A stretch of 64,000 bases of DNA from Malacoraja senta (GCA_038087875.1 CM075989.1:1798001-1862000), one strand, 5' to 3'. Counted from the first letter of the stretch, positions 22,833 through 35,245 are shown. Notes: generated from the sequence alone by a model not told the origin. Numbers and translations are program-made.

Positions 22833-25800
22833 AAAATCCCAGGACCTTAACCTTGACAATGGAACACAGTTCTGGTGTTGTCCACGCCCGGGTTCCTCAG
22901 AGTAAGATCACAAGGAAACCACAGGAACCGTGCCATCCAACAATACTTTCTCCAATGTTGTTGCCATATCGTAAAGTGGTTGATGTCCGCATGTTAACTA
23001 ATAAAGTGCCTCATTAGAGTTGAGTGTTTGACTGTCATATGTACCAAAATGGAACAATGAAATTCTTACTTGTAGCAGCACATATCTTCAAGGTCAGCAG
23101 AGGAGCAGCAGATGAAGGAGCAAGTGCGGGGATTGGCTGCAGAAGTTAAAGCCTTGGTGAGTTTTCAAGAGCGGGTCATTTAAATATCGATAACTAAATT
23201 TGTAAATTCGCTAATTAGTTCATTGAACAGCAAATAAAAGTAGGGCTTGCTCTAGGGGGAGCGACCTTGTCAAGGTGAAGTGCCTTGGTGAGTAAAGTGT
23301 GAGTCTTTTAGCTCAAGAGTCTTCGACAAGGAGGCTACACTTGATTAGAAACTACACCTGCAGAAATTGTGTCCAGATGCAGCTCCTGAATAAACGTGTT
23401 GGGGAACTGGAGCAGCAGCTGGATGACCTCAGGGCCATCCGGGAAAATGAGTGTTTCCTGGACAGGACCTACAGTGAGGTTGTCATGCCAAGGTACCGGA
23501 AGAGTGAAGGTGGGCGACTGTGAGAAAGAGGAGTAAACGTGGAGTGCAGGAGACCCCGGTGGCTGTACCTACTGAAAACAGGTCCACCCTCTTGGGAGCT
23601 GTTGGCGCAGATGATGCTTCCAGTCTGAGCGGCGGACAGGTCGGTGGCTCCAATCCTGGCACTGAGACTCGACCGACGTCAGGCAGAACCACAGTAGTGG
23701 GTGACTCCATGGTCCGAGGTGCGGACAGGAGTTTCTGTGGCGGCAGGCGAGACTCGAGGATGGTCTGTTGCCTTCCTGGTGCCAGGGTTCAAGATGTCTT
23801 GGACTGACTTCAGAACATCCGCGAGAGGGAAGGTGAGCAGCCGGAAGTGGTTGTGCATGTGGGCACAAATGACATCGGGAAGAAGAGGAAGGTTGTTCTG
23901 TAACGTGCATTTAGAGAGTTAGGATGAAGGCTGAAAAGCAGGACTTCCAGGGTGGTTATCTCTGGATTGCTTCCAGTACCTCGTGCTAGTGAGGACAGGA
24001 ACAGGGAGATAGGGGATCTGAATGTGTGGCTGAGGGGCTGGTGCAGGGAGCAATGATTTAGATTTATAGACCACTGGGATCTCTTCTGGGGTAAGGGTGA
24101 CCTGTACAAAAGGAATGTGTTGCACCTTAACTGGAGGGGGACCGACGTTCTGGCAGGCAGGTTTGCTAGGGCTACACGTGTGGGTTTAAACTAAATAGTG
24201 GGGGAGAGGGATTGACAAATTGGGAGTATAAAGATGGAGTTGAAGGGGAAGAGAGTAAAGGAAAAATTACAAAAGATTCTCGAATTAATGGGAAGGAAAG
24301 TTAAGAAGGGATAAGAGAGTAAGGTCACGTGAAATAGGAACCGGCTTGAGGGAAGGTGAAAATTGAATTAAAAGTGTTATATATGAATGTGCGAAGTATA
24401 AGAAATAAAGTGGATGAGCTTGAGGTTCAGTTAGAAATTGGTAAGTATGACGTTGTGGGAATTACAGAGACAAGAGGATTGGAGCTGGGAACTGAATATT
24501 CAAGGGTATACGTCCTATCGAAAAGACAGACAGGTGGGTAGAGGGGGTGGGGTAGCTTTGTTTGTGAGGAATGAAATTCAGTCCCTTGCGAGGGGTGACA
24601 TAGAATCAGGAGATGTAGAGTCAGTATGGATAGAACTGAGAAATTGTAAGGGTAAAAATACCATAATGGGAGTTATTTAGAGGCCCCCAAACAGTAGCCT
24701 GGATACAGAGTGCAAGTTGAATCAAGAGTTAAAATTGGCATGTCGTAAAGGTAATGCTATGGTTGTTATGGGAGATTTTAACAAGCAGGTAGACTGGGAA
24801 AATCAGGTTGGTACTGGACCCCAAGAAAGGGAGTTTGTGGAGTGCCTCCGTGATGGATTCTTAGAGCAGCTTGTATTGGGGCCGACCAGGGAGAAGGCAA
24901 TTCTGGATTTAGTGTTGCGTAATGAACCGGATTTGATAAGGGAACTCGAGGTAAAGGAGCCATCAGGAGGTAGTGACCATATTATGATGTTTTAATCTAC
25001 AATTTGAGAGGGAGATGGTAACATCGGAAGTGTCAGTATTACTGTTGAACAAAGGGGACTATGGAGGCATGAGGGAGGAGCTGGCCAAAGTTGACTGGAA
25101 AGAGGCCCAAGCAGGGATGACAGTGGAACAACAATGGCAGGTGATTCTGGGAATAATCCAGAAGATGCAGGATCATTTCATTCCAAAGAGGAAGAAAGAT
25201 TCTAAGGGGAGTAAGAGGCAACCGTGGCTGACAAGGGAAGTCAAGGACAGTATAAAAATAAAAGAAGACATATAACATAGCAAAGATGAGCGGGAAGCCA
25301 GAGGATTGGGAAACTTTTAAAGAGCAACAGAAGATAACTAAAAAGACAATACGGGGAGAAAAGATGAAGTACGAAGGTAAGCTGGCCAAAAATATAAAGG
25401 AGGATAGTAAAAGCTTCTTTAGGTATGTGAAGAGGAAAAAATTAGTTACGACAAATGGGGGTCCCTTGAGAACAGAAACAGGTGAATTTATTATGGGGAA
25501 CAAGGAAATGCAGAAGAGTTGAACAGGTACTTAGGTTCTGTCTTCACTAAGGAAGACACAAACAATCTCCCAGATGTACTAGTGGCCAGAGGACCTAAGG
25601 TGATGGAGGAATTGAAGGAATTTCACATCAGTAAGGAAATGGTGTTGGGTAGACGGATGGGAATGAAGGCTGATAAATCCCCAGGTCTGCATCCCAGGGT
25701 ACTCAAGGAGGTGGCTCTAGAAATCGTGGACGCATTGGTGATCATTTTCCAATGTTCTATAGATTCAGGATCAGTTCCTGTGGATTGGAGGGTAGAGAAT

Positions 25801-26020
25801 GTTATCCCACTTTCAAGAAAAGAAGGAGAGAGAAAACAGGGAATTATAGACCAGTTAGCCTGACATCGGTGGTGGGGAAGATGCTGGAGTCAATTATAAA
25901 AGATGAAATAGCAGCACATTTGGATAGCAGTAACAGGATCGGTCCGAGTCAGCATGGATTTACGAAGGGGAACTCCTGCTTGACAAATCTTCTGGAATTT
26001 TTGAAGATGCAACAACTAAA

Positions 26021-26578
26021 ATAATAATAATAATAATAATAATAATGACTTTATTTATAGAGCACTTTAAAAACAACCACCGTTGCAACAAAGTGCTGTA
26101 CATGACCAATCACAAACACAAAACAAAACAAAAAAAACATTAAAAGACAGTAAAAACAATAAAAAACACTAAAACAGGAGCAAAGTCTCATGCAGGGTCA
26201 AAAGCCAAGGAATAGAAAAGGGTTTTAAGGCTAGTGTTAAAAATGGACACTGAAGGGGCCTGTCTAATGTTCAAAGGTAGAGAGTTCCATAATGTCGGAG
26301 CAACAACAGAGAAGGCTCTATCCCCTCTGAGCTTCCGCTTAGACCTCGGTACCTCCAGGAGCAGCTGATCAGCTGACCTGAGGCACCGAGCAGGAGCTTA
26401 GGGATGAAGCAGCTCAGAGAGGTAAGGCGGGGCGAGACCATTTAAAGATATAAAAACAAATAAAAGAATCTTAAAACGAACTCTAAAGTACACAGGCAGC
26501 CAGTAGAGGGAGGCCAGAATAGGCGTTATGTGCTCCCTCTTACGTGTTCCAGTTAAAAGGTGAGCAGCAGCATTCTCT
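26021..26578 (-). mobile_element. L2 LINE 3' fragment inside the CR1
   Basis: NAAAHLLTGTRKREHITPILASLYWLPV on the minus strand, with GCTCTATAAATAAAG and an (ATT)n tail. Confidence 0.88.
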
Positions 26579-27049
26579 AGAATGGAGAGCCAGTGGATGT
26601 TGTGTACCTGGACTTTCATAAAGCCTTTGATAAGGTCCCACACAGGAGATTAGTGGGCAAAATTAGAGCACATGATATTGGGGGTAGGGTATTGATGTGG
26701 ATAGAAAATAGGTTGGCAGACAGGAAACAAATAGTAAGGATTAATGTGTAACTTTCAGAAAGTCAGGCAGTGACTAGCGAGGTACCGCAAGGCTTGGTGC
26801 TGGGACCGCAGCTATTTACAATATATATTAATGATTTAGATGAAGGAATTAAAAATAACATTAACAAATTTGCAGATGACACAAAGCTGGGTGACTGTGT
26901 GAACTGTGAGGAGGATGCTGTGAGGATGCAGGGTGACTTGGACAGGTTGGGTGAGTGGGCAGATGCATGGCAGACGCAGTATAATGTGGATAAATGTGAG
27001 GTTATCCACTTTGGAGGGAAGAATGGGAAGGCAGATTATTATCTGAATG

Positions 27050-27731
27050 GTAGACAAAAATGCTGGAGAAACTCAGCAGGTGAGGCAGCATCTATGGAGC
27101 GAAGGAAATAGGCACCGTTTCGGGTCGAGACAATTCTTCACACTGATGGGAGGGTGGGGGGGGGGGGGTGCGGAAAGAAGAAAGGAAGAGGTGGAGACAG
27201 TGGGCTGAGGGAGGGCTGAGAACGGGAGGAGAAAGCAGGGACTACCTGAAATTAGAGAAGTCAATGTTCATACCGCTGGGGTGCAAACTGCCCAAACGAA
27301 ATATGAGGTGCTGCTCCTCCAATTTATGGTGGTCCTCACACTGGCCATGGAGGAGGCCCAGGACAGAAAGGTCAGATTCAGAATGGGAGGGGGTTGAAGT
27401 GCTGAGCCACCGGGAGATCAGGTACGTTAATGCGAACCGAGCGGAGGTGTTGGGCGAAGCGATCGCCAAGCCTAGGTTTGGTCTCACCGATGTACATCAG
27501 CTGACATCTAGAGCAGTGGATGCAATAGATAAGGTTACAGGAGGTGCAGGTGAACCTCTGCCGCACCTGGAAAGTGCTTGGGTCCTTGAATGGAGTCAAG
27601 GGGGGTAAAGCGACAAGTGTTGCATTTCCCGCGGTTGCAAGGTTGCATTTCCTGTGGGTGCAACCCGCTGAGTTTCTCCAGCATTTTTGTCCACCTTCGA
27701 TTTTCCAGCATCTGCAGTTCCTTCTTAAACA
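27050..27731 (-). mobile_element. Penelope-like element 3' fragment (GIY-YIG) with an inverted terminal piece
   Basis: NLIYCIHCSRCQLMYIGETKPRLGDRFAQH and pLTR on the minus strand, followed by a plus-strand CCGCTGAGTTTCTCCAGCATTTTTGT tail. Confidence 0.88.
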
Positions 27732-28679
27732 TTATCTGGTGTCAGGTTATGAAAAGAGGAAGTACAATGAGACCTGGGTGTCCTAGTACATCAGTCACTG
27801 AAAGTAAGCATACAGTGAAGAAAGCTAATGGCATGTTGGCTTTCATAACGAGAGGAGCTTAGTATTGGAGCAAAGAGGTCCTTCTGCAGTTGTACAAGGC
27901 CCTGGTGAGACCACACCTGGAGTATTGTGAGCAGTTTTGGTCTCCTAATTTGAGGAAGGACATTCTTGCTATTGAGGGAGTGCAGCGTAGGTTCACCAGG
28001 TTAATTCCAGGGCGGGAGGGGCTGTCACATGCTGAAAGAATGGAGCGACCGGGCTTGTATTCACTGGAATTTAGAAGGATGAGAGGATATGTTATAGAAA
28101 CATATAAAAATTATTAAGGGATTAGACACGCTAGATGCAGGCAACATGTTCCCGATGTTGGGGGAGTCCAGAACCAGGGGCCACAGTTTAAGAATAAGGG
28201 GTAGGCCATTTTGAACAGAGATGAGGACAAACTTTTTCACCCAGAGTGTTGTGAAATTGTGGAATTCTCTGCCTCAGAAAGCAATGGAGGCCGATTCACT
28301 GGATGCATTAAAAAGAGAGTTCAATAGACCTCTTTGGGCTAGCGGACTCAAGGGGTATGGGGAGAAGGCAGGAACGGGGTACTGATTGTGGATGATCAGC
28401 CATGATCACATTGAATGGCTCAAAGGGCCGAATGGCCTACTCCTGCACCTACAGTATAGTCTATGTATCTATGTAGCACAAAAGGTGCTACATAGTAACA
28501 CAGCGCTCAATAAATCCCTGAGCCTCACAGACTCAGCACTGGGGCACAAAGAGTGACCTATGGTGTTCGATCAGATAAGATTTCTACTACTAGGCTAGTG
28601 GGCCGAGGAGCTTTTTCGTTCAGGTTTGTGACCCAACTCACGGAACAACCTGAATTTTTAACATATTGTGTAAAATTAT

Positions 28680-29184
28680 TATATAACCATATAACCATAT
28701 AACCATTACAGCACGGAAACAGGACATCTCGGCCCTTCAAGTCCGTGCCAAACATTTTCTTTTTTTTAATTAAAAAAAAAAAAAAAAAAACTTCCCCCTA
28801 GTCCCATCTACCTGCACTCAGACCATAACCCTCCATTCTTTTCCCGTCCATATACCCATCCAATCTATTTTTAAAGGATACAATCGAACCAGCCTCCACC
28901 ACTTCTACTGGAAGCTCATTCCACACAGCTACCACTCTCTGAGTAAAGAAGTTCCCCCTAATGTTACCCCTAAACTTCTGTCCCTTAATTCTCAAGTCAT
29001 GTCCCCTTGTTTGAATCCTCCCTATTCTGAATGGAAAAAGCTTATCCACGTCAACTCTGTCTAACCCGCTCATAATTTTAAAGATCTCTATCAAGTCCCC
29101 TCTTAACCTTTTGCGCTCCAAAGAATAAAGACCTAACTTGTTCAACCTTTCTCTGTAACTTAGTTGCTGAAACCCAGGCAACAT
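28680..29184 (-). mobile_element. CR1 3' fragment, continuing at 31055-31095 after the PLE insertion
   Basis: MLPG..LSYRERL..LGLYSLE..RLRGDLIE, FFTQRVV..WNELP. Confidence 0.88.
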
Positions 29185-29185
29185 C

Positions 29186-30844
29186 TCCAGCACCATCACC
29201 AACTTCATCCACTCCCACGCCCTGCCCGAACGAGCCTCCAACCTCATCGTTCCCCAGCCCCGCACAGCCCGCTTTTACCTTCTCCCCAAAATCCACAAAC
29301 CTGACTGTCCCGGTAGACCCATTGTCTCTGCCTGTTCTTGCCCCACCGAACTCATCTCCACCTACCTCGACTCCATACTATCCCCCTTGGTTAAATCCCT
29401 CCCCACCTATGTTCAAGACACCTCAGACACTCTCCGTCATCTCCGCGCATTCCACTCTCTAGGCCCTCACCCCCTCATCTTCACCATGGACGTCCAGTCA
29501 CTGTACACCTCCATCCCCCACCAGGATGGTCTCAAAGCCCTCCGTTTTTTCCTCGACCGTAGAAGCAATCTATACCCGGCCACTGACACCCTCCTCCACC
29601 TAGCGGAGCTGGTACTTACACTTAATAACTTTTCATTTGACTCCTCCCATTTCCTCCAAATACAAGGTGTAGCTATGGGCACACGCATGGGCCCCAGCTA
29701 CGCCTGCCTCTTTGTCGGGTACGTAGAACAATCCTTGTTCAATGCGTACCAGGGCCCCATCCCCGACCTCTACCTCCGCTACATCGATGATTGTTTTGGT
29801 GCCACATCCTGCACCCACACACAACTGACTGACTTCATCCGCTTCACCACCAACTTCCATCCGGCACTCAAATACACCTGGACCATTTCCGACACTTCCC
29901 TACCATTCCTTGACCTCACTATCTCCATCGCAGGTGATAGACTCCTTACCGACATCCACTACAAACCTACCGACTCCCATGGCTATCTGGACTACACTTC
30001 TTCCCACCCTGCTTCCTGTAAGGACTCCATCCCCCACTCCCAATTCCTCCGTCTACGCCGCATCTGCTCCCAGGATGAGGCGTTCCACACCAGGGCATCT
30101 GAAATTTCCTCATTCTTCAGGGAACGGGGGTTCCCCTCCTCCACCATAGATGAGGCTCGCACCAGGGTCTCTGCCATACCCCGCAACACTGCTCTCTCTC
30201 CCCATCCCCCCACTCACAACAAAGGCAGAGTCCCCCTAGTCCTCACCTTTCACCCCACCAGCCGTCACATACAACAAGTGATCCTCCGTCAGTTTCGCCA
30301 CCTCCAACGTGACCCCACCACTCGCCACATCTTCCCATCTCCCCCTATGTCTGCCTTCCGCAAAGACCGCTCCCTCCGTAACTCCCTTGTCAATTCTTCC
30401 CTTCCCTCCCATACCACCCCCTCCCCTGGTACTTTCCCTTGCAACCGCAAGAGATGCAACACTTGTCCCTTCACTTCCCCCCTCCACTCCATTCAAGGAC
30501 CCAAGCAGTCGTTCCAGGTGCGACAGAGGTTCACCTGCATCTCCTCCAACCTCATCTATTGCATCCGCTGCTCTAGATGCCAGCTGATCTACATCGGTGA
30601 GACCAAGCGGAGGCTTGGCGATCGTTTCGCCGAACACCTCCGGTCGGTCCGCAATAACCAACCTGAACTCCCGGTGGCTCAGCACTTCAACTCCCCCTCC
30701 CATTCCGTATCTGACCTCTCTGTCCTGGGTCTCCTCCATGGCCACAGCGAGCAACACCGTAAATTGGAGGAAATGCACCTCATATTCCGCTTGGGCAGTC
30801 TACATCCTGGTGGCCTGAACGTTGAATTCTCCCAATTCTGCTAG
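29186..30844 (+). CDS. Penelope-like RT + GIY-YIG endonuclease, uninterrupted frame (N-terminus missing)
   Basis: FYLLPKIHKP..PGRPIVS, TMDVQSLYTSIP, GVAMGT, RYIDD, LPFLD, YKPTD, NLIYCIRC..C..YIGETKR. The frame is open from the insertion boundary to the stop. Confidence 0.93.
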   Translation, partial: SSTITNFIHSHALPERASNLIVPQPRTARFYLLPKIHKPDCPGRPIVSACSCPTELISTYLDSILSPLVKSLPTYVQDTSDTLRHLRAFHSLGPHPLIFTMDVQSLYTSIPHQDGLKALRFFLDRRSNLYPATDTLLHLAELVLTLNNFSFDSSHFLQIQGVAMGTRMGPSYACLFVGYVEQSLFNAYQGPIPDLYLRYIDDCFGATSCTHTQLTDFIRFTTNFHPALKYTWTISDTSLPFLDLTISIAGDRLLTDIHYKPTDSHGYLDYTSSHPASCKDSIPHSQFLRLRRICSQDEAFHTRASEISSFFRERGFPSSTIDEARTRVSAIPRNTALSPHPPTHNKGRVPLVLTFHPTSRHIQQVILRQFRHLQRDPTTRHIFPSPPMSAFRKDRSLRNSLVNSSLPSHTTPSPGTFPCNRKRCNTCPFTSPLHSIQGPKQSFQVRQRFTCISSNLIYCIRCSRCQLIYIGETKRRLGDRFAEHLRSVRNNQPELPVAQHFNSPSHSVSDLSVLGLLHGHSEQHRKLEEMHLIFRLGSLHPGGLNVEFSQFC

Positions 30845-30960
30845 CCCTGGCTGTCCCCTCCCCTTCATCAGCCATCTGGTTGTCTCCTCCCCTCCCCCAG
30901 CCCTCGGGCTCCTCCTCCGCCTTTTCCTTTTTTCCTTTCTTCTCCCCACCCCCTATCAGT

Positions 30961-30990
30961 CTGAAGAAGGGTTTCGGCCCGAAACGTTAC
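30961..30990 (+). ncRNA. Putative minimal hammerhead ribozyme core in the PLE pLTR
   Basis: CUGAAGA - A GGGU UUCG GCCC - GAAAC: conserved core boxes with stem II. Stems I and III are not convincingly resolved by eye. Confidence 0.55.
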
Positions 30991-31151
30991 CTATTTCCTT
31001 CGCTCCATAGATGCTGCTGCACCCGCTGAGTTTCTCCAGCATTTTTGTGTACCTAACATTCTAGTAAATCTCCTCTGTACTCTCTCTATTTTGTTATATA
31101 AATCATACCTGAAACTCATCAAGACCAAAACCTGCACATTTTTAAGAAATA

Positions 31152-31815
31152 CTAGACTAAGTGGGACCCGTTGGGTCCCAGCATCACACGGGAGGGCTGG
31201 TCACCCAACGCAATATTCCACCTCTCCACCAATTCCAATATTGCACGCCAGTGGAGGGGGGGGGGGGCTTTCTGTTGCGCTAGTATGGGTGTTGTGGGCC
31301 GAAGGTACTGGTTTCCAGAGGGCTAGTATAGACATTGTGGGCCGAATGGATTCGTGGGCTGGCAGCTCAGTCACTGAGGCCTGGCAGTAGAGTCACTCAG
31401 ACCTGGCAGCTGGCAGCTGAGAAACTGCCAGAAATTCTGCCCAAAACCGGACGCAACGCACGCACGCACACACACACACACACACACAGAGCTCAGCTCT
31501 CCTGAATTATTCAACGGCACCTGCACTCGGCGCCATCTTGACGTCACCCTCTGAGTGAGCCACCACACTTCCAGGTTTTAAAGTCCCTCCCCCCCTGCTG
31601 CCAGTGGGGGCAGCAGAGAGAATGGCGAAATTTTTAAAAACATAAATATCTCTCTGATTTTTTCATCGATGGGAAAAATCCTCCAGTCCAGTCTGGCGGA
31701 GGGGGGGCTCTGAGCGAGGTGGCCAAAAAATGACGGCCGTAAGTGGAGGCGTTCTCTCGGGAAATCACATCGCAGTGAGTCAAAAGCGGTCAAGATCTTA
31801 CATTTAGTAATATAG
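31152..31815 (-). mobile_element. Non-autonomous Helitron-like element, copy 1
   Basis: Minus-strand 3' end TGGGACCC-AAC-GGGTCCCA hairpin, then CTTAGT-CTAG|T. The 5' end CTATATTACTAAA..AGATCTTGACC resembles the start of copy 3. Confidence 0.7.
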
Positions 31816-32055
31816 TTGAGAAAAACCTCAAGTTTTCTGAGTAGTAATTGCCCAATCAATGCACGTTTGACATTGAGGTCGGACGCAAATTGACCAATCC
31901 CGCGCTTTGTTTTATGGTCGCTAGGCAGCCAGGGACCCTGGGATCATGGCTGCCTCCTCATTACATCAAAACTATGACAAGGTTTCCAAGGAATAAAGGT
32001 AATGCTCACCTTGCTGATCATTTTGTTTTTCAATTGATTTATCTTTATAAAGTTA

Positions 32056-34560
32056 CTAGACTAAGTGGGACCCGTTGGGTCCCAGCTTCACACGGGAGGG
32101 CTTGTCCCCCGACGCTATATTCCACCTCTCCACCAATTCCAATTATGCTGGCCAGTGGGGTGGGGTGGCTTTCTGGAGCGCAAGCATAGGTGTTGTGGGC
32201 TTAAGGGACTGGTTTTCAGCTGGCTAGTATGGACATTGTGAGCCGAATTTGGCTGGCAGCTCAGTCACTGATGCCAGGCAGCTCAGTCACTCAGGCCTGG
32301 CAGCACAGTCACTCAGGCATGGCAGGCTGGCAGCTCAGTAACTCAGGCCTGGTGGGCTGGCAGGTCAAACTGCCAGAAATTCTGCCGAAAACAGGTGACA
32401 GACTGTGAGAGAGAGAAGGGGGAGAGGGTGGACAATCAATTTTAGACATTTTCATCTTTTTTTCAGATCACAGCAATGAAGGAGGAAAGTCTATCCTTGC
32501 GTGGATCTCTGGAGCGCTAGTATGGGAGTTCTGCGCTGAAGGGACTGGTTTCCAGAGGGCTAGTATGGACATTGTGGACTGAATGGATTCTTGGACTTGC
32601 AGTTCAGCGAGTCATGGTTGGTGGGCTGGCAGTTCACTAAGTCATGGCTGGTGGCCGCCTGGCACTTCACTCAATTACAGCTGGTGGGCTGGCAGTTCAC
32701 TTACTCATGGCTGGTGGGCGGGCAGTCCAGTTACTCATGGCTGGTGTGGTGGCAGTTCACTTAGTCACTCCTCGTCCCTTCACCGTCCCACTCTGCTCCT
32801 TGCCATTCCCCTCCCCCCCCATGCATTCAGTCCATCTCCCGTCAACCTCCCCTCATGCACTCTCAGTGGCTCTCCGACAGCGCAGCCATTCCTGCCTATT
32901 GGGGTCCCATTGTGATGAAGAACACGCAGGCATGGCAAGTGGACAAAGGATTTATTAACGTTTAAAATGTGAATGACTTAAAATATAACAACAATTTAAA
33001 TGTTAAAGATGAGATTTATTAAGTTCTTGTTTGTTGTGTCTCTTGTTGTGTTCTGCTGCTCACTGCCTCTTGATGACTCTTTGTTGTTGATAAAAAGAAA
33101 GACAATTTTAATATAGAGAGATTGAGCGGTCAAATTTTAATGAAGAAAATCCGAGAATTGACCTCAAAAGCCACATTCAATGCAGGCCTGCAAATGCAAT
33201 CTCACAGCACTCGAAGCGGAGTGGAGGCCACAAGTCCAACCTCACAGCACTCCAAGCAGAGTGCAGGCAGCAAGTCCAACCTCACAGCACTCCAAGCAGA
33301 GTGCAGGCAGCAAGTCCAACCTCACAGCACTCCAAGGACTCCAACAGTCACACACAGACATACACAAACACACACAGAGACACACAGAAACAGACACACA
33401 CACACTCCTATACACACACTCACACACAGACATACACAAACACACACAGAGACACACAGAAACAGACACACACACACTCCTATACACACACACACATACA
33501 CAAACACTCACACATACACAAAGACAAACACACACAAAGACACACACACATAAACACAAACACAGACACTCACACACAGACACAAACACTCACACACAGA
33601 CACTCACACAGACAGTCACACACACTCACACACACAGCACCAATACTAAAATGCCAAGTAACTTCAGAACGTGGTAAGCATACTGAATCCTGTTACTAAC
33701 CATATACTCTATATAAGTCATTTTAAAATAAGAACATAGGTGTGTCTAAAACAAATTATTCAAACATTTAAAGCCTTTTTTATTCTGAAACACTCCTCTA
33801 GAACTGCTGCTACTGCAAAAATGTGCTTTAAATAACTTACAACAAACTTATACTCACCATATATATGGCAGTAAGCTCTCTTCAATTACTCAAACGGCTC
33901 AGCGCGGCATCTCCATTGTGGGCCTTCCTCACTTAGCGCCACCTCTGAACTCACAGGAAATAACGCAATCAGCGCCACCTCTCCACTAATGGAAGTCACG
34001 GAATGAGCGGCAATTTTGCATTAAACACTGTCCTGATCTAATAAAACGTTTATTCACGTTTTTTTCTACCAAAAACTGGTGCACCACTTTTCAATAGCCA
34101 CACCACTTTTCAATTGGCCACACATTTTCAATTAGCCACACATTTCCAATTAGGCACAATTTAGAGGCACAGTTTAGAGGCACAGTTAAGAGGCACATAA
34201 AAATGTTTATTCCTTCCAAACACAGTTCCAAATAAACCACATAAAACCACATCACAGTTAAGTAGACATGTGTTCAGTGGTATTCGCAGCTCAGACTGAG
34301 AGTCGTGGCCTCTCCCTCCCCCATCTTGCAGCCACATCCACACTTCCAGGTTTTATAGTCCCTCCCCCTCCCACCGGAATGGGCGTGGCCTCCATTGTGT
34401 GATTGACAGGAGAGAGAATCTCAACATTTTTTAACATTAATAAGTCTTTTATTTTTCATCGATGGTAAAAATCCCCTGGCCCTTACAGCTGGAGGGGGAC
34501 TTTGAGTATGATGGCCAAAAATCCCAGCCGTAAATGGTAGCGTTTTTTCTAAAATCAATA
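32056..34560 (-). mobile_element. Non-autonomous Helitron-like element, copy 2, with internal short tandem repeats
   Basis: Same hairpin + CTAG end at 32056-32083. 34321-34550 is homologous to 31534-31760. Internal ~22-, ~30- and 40-bp repeats and a CA-rich tract. The 5' end is obscured by a SINE and the gap. Confidence 0.65.
33196..33640. repeat. About four 40-bp repeats (CAAGTCCAACCTCACAGCACTCCAAGCAGAGTGCAGGCAG), then a CA-rich tract
   Basis: Directly visible. Confidence 0.85.
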
Positions 34561-34855
34561 TAATAATAATAATAATAATGGATGGGATTTATATAGCGCC
34601 TTTCTAATACTCAAGGCGCTTTACATCGCATTATTCATTCACTCCTCAGTCACACTCGGTGGTGGTGAGCTACTGTGGTGAACTGATGGAAGCGTGGCTG
34701 CTAACCTGTGCCTACGGCCCCTCCGACCACCACCAATCACTCACACACATTCACACACATTCACACGCAGGCAAAGGTGGGTGAAGTGTCTTGCCCAAGG
34801 ACACAACGACAGTATGCACTCCAAGCGTGATTCGAACCGGCTACCTTCCGGTTGC
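34561..34855 (-). mobile_element. tRNA-derived CORE-like SINE with L2-type tail, cut by the gap
   Basis: Minus strand: GGTTCGAATC B box, GTGTCCTTGGGCAAGACACTT core, AAAGGCGCTATATAAAT and (ATT)n tail. Confidence 0.7.
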
Positions 34856-35055
34856 NNNNNNNNNNNNNNNNNNNNNNNNNNNNNNNNNNNNNNNNNNNNN
34901 NNNNNNNNNNNNNNNNNNNNNNNNNNNNNNNNNNNNNNNNNNNNNNNNNNNNNNNNNNNNNNNNNNNNNNNNNNNNNNNNNNNNNNNNNNNNNNNNNNNN
35001 NNNNNNNNNNNNNNNNNNNNNNNNNNNNNNNNNNNNNNNNNNNNNNNNNNNNNNN
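34856..35055. other. Assembly gap (200 N)
   Basis: Run of N. Confidence 1.
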
Positions 35056-35245
35056 GCATAGACAGGGTAGAACATGTCTCCCCATTGTCAGAACATTTTT
35101 TCCAGGTTGGATAAATCAAATACTTGAGGGCATACCTTTAAGGTGAGAGGGGTTAAGGTTAAATGAGATGGGTGGGTCAAGCATTTCCACAAAGGTTCGT
35201 GGGTGCCTGAAATGCACTGCTGGGTTTGGTAGTTGAGGCAGATAG

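Larger units (their letters stand above)
23090..28473 (+). mobile_element. Near full-length degenerate CR1 LINE (ORF1 with SGNH esterase domain; ORF2 endonuclease + RT), carrying L2 and Penelope insertions
   Basis: ORF1: CRNC, coiled coil, VVGDSMVRG, CCLPGARVQD, VHVGTND. ORF2: LYMNVRSIRNK, VGITET, MGDFN, LDLVL, SDH, KFADDTK. Tail TATGTATCTATG. The 5' boundary is approximate. Confidence 0.9.
29185..31054 (+). mobile_element. Penelope-like retroelement, 5'-truncated, with pLTR
   Basis: Flanked by AACAT (29180-29184 and 31055-31059) inside a CR1. The 3' end carries CTGAAGA-stem-GAAAC. Confidence 0.93.

Noticed and set aside
34694..35146. ORFs spanning the N run
   Set aside because: Artefacts of the assembly gap.
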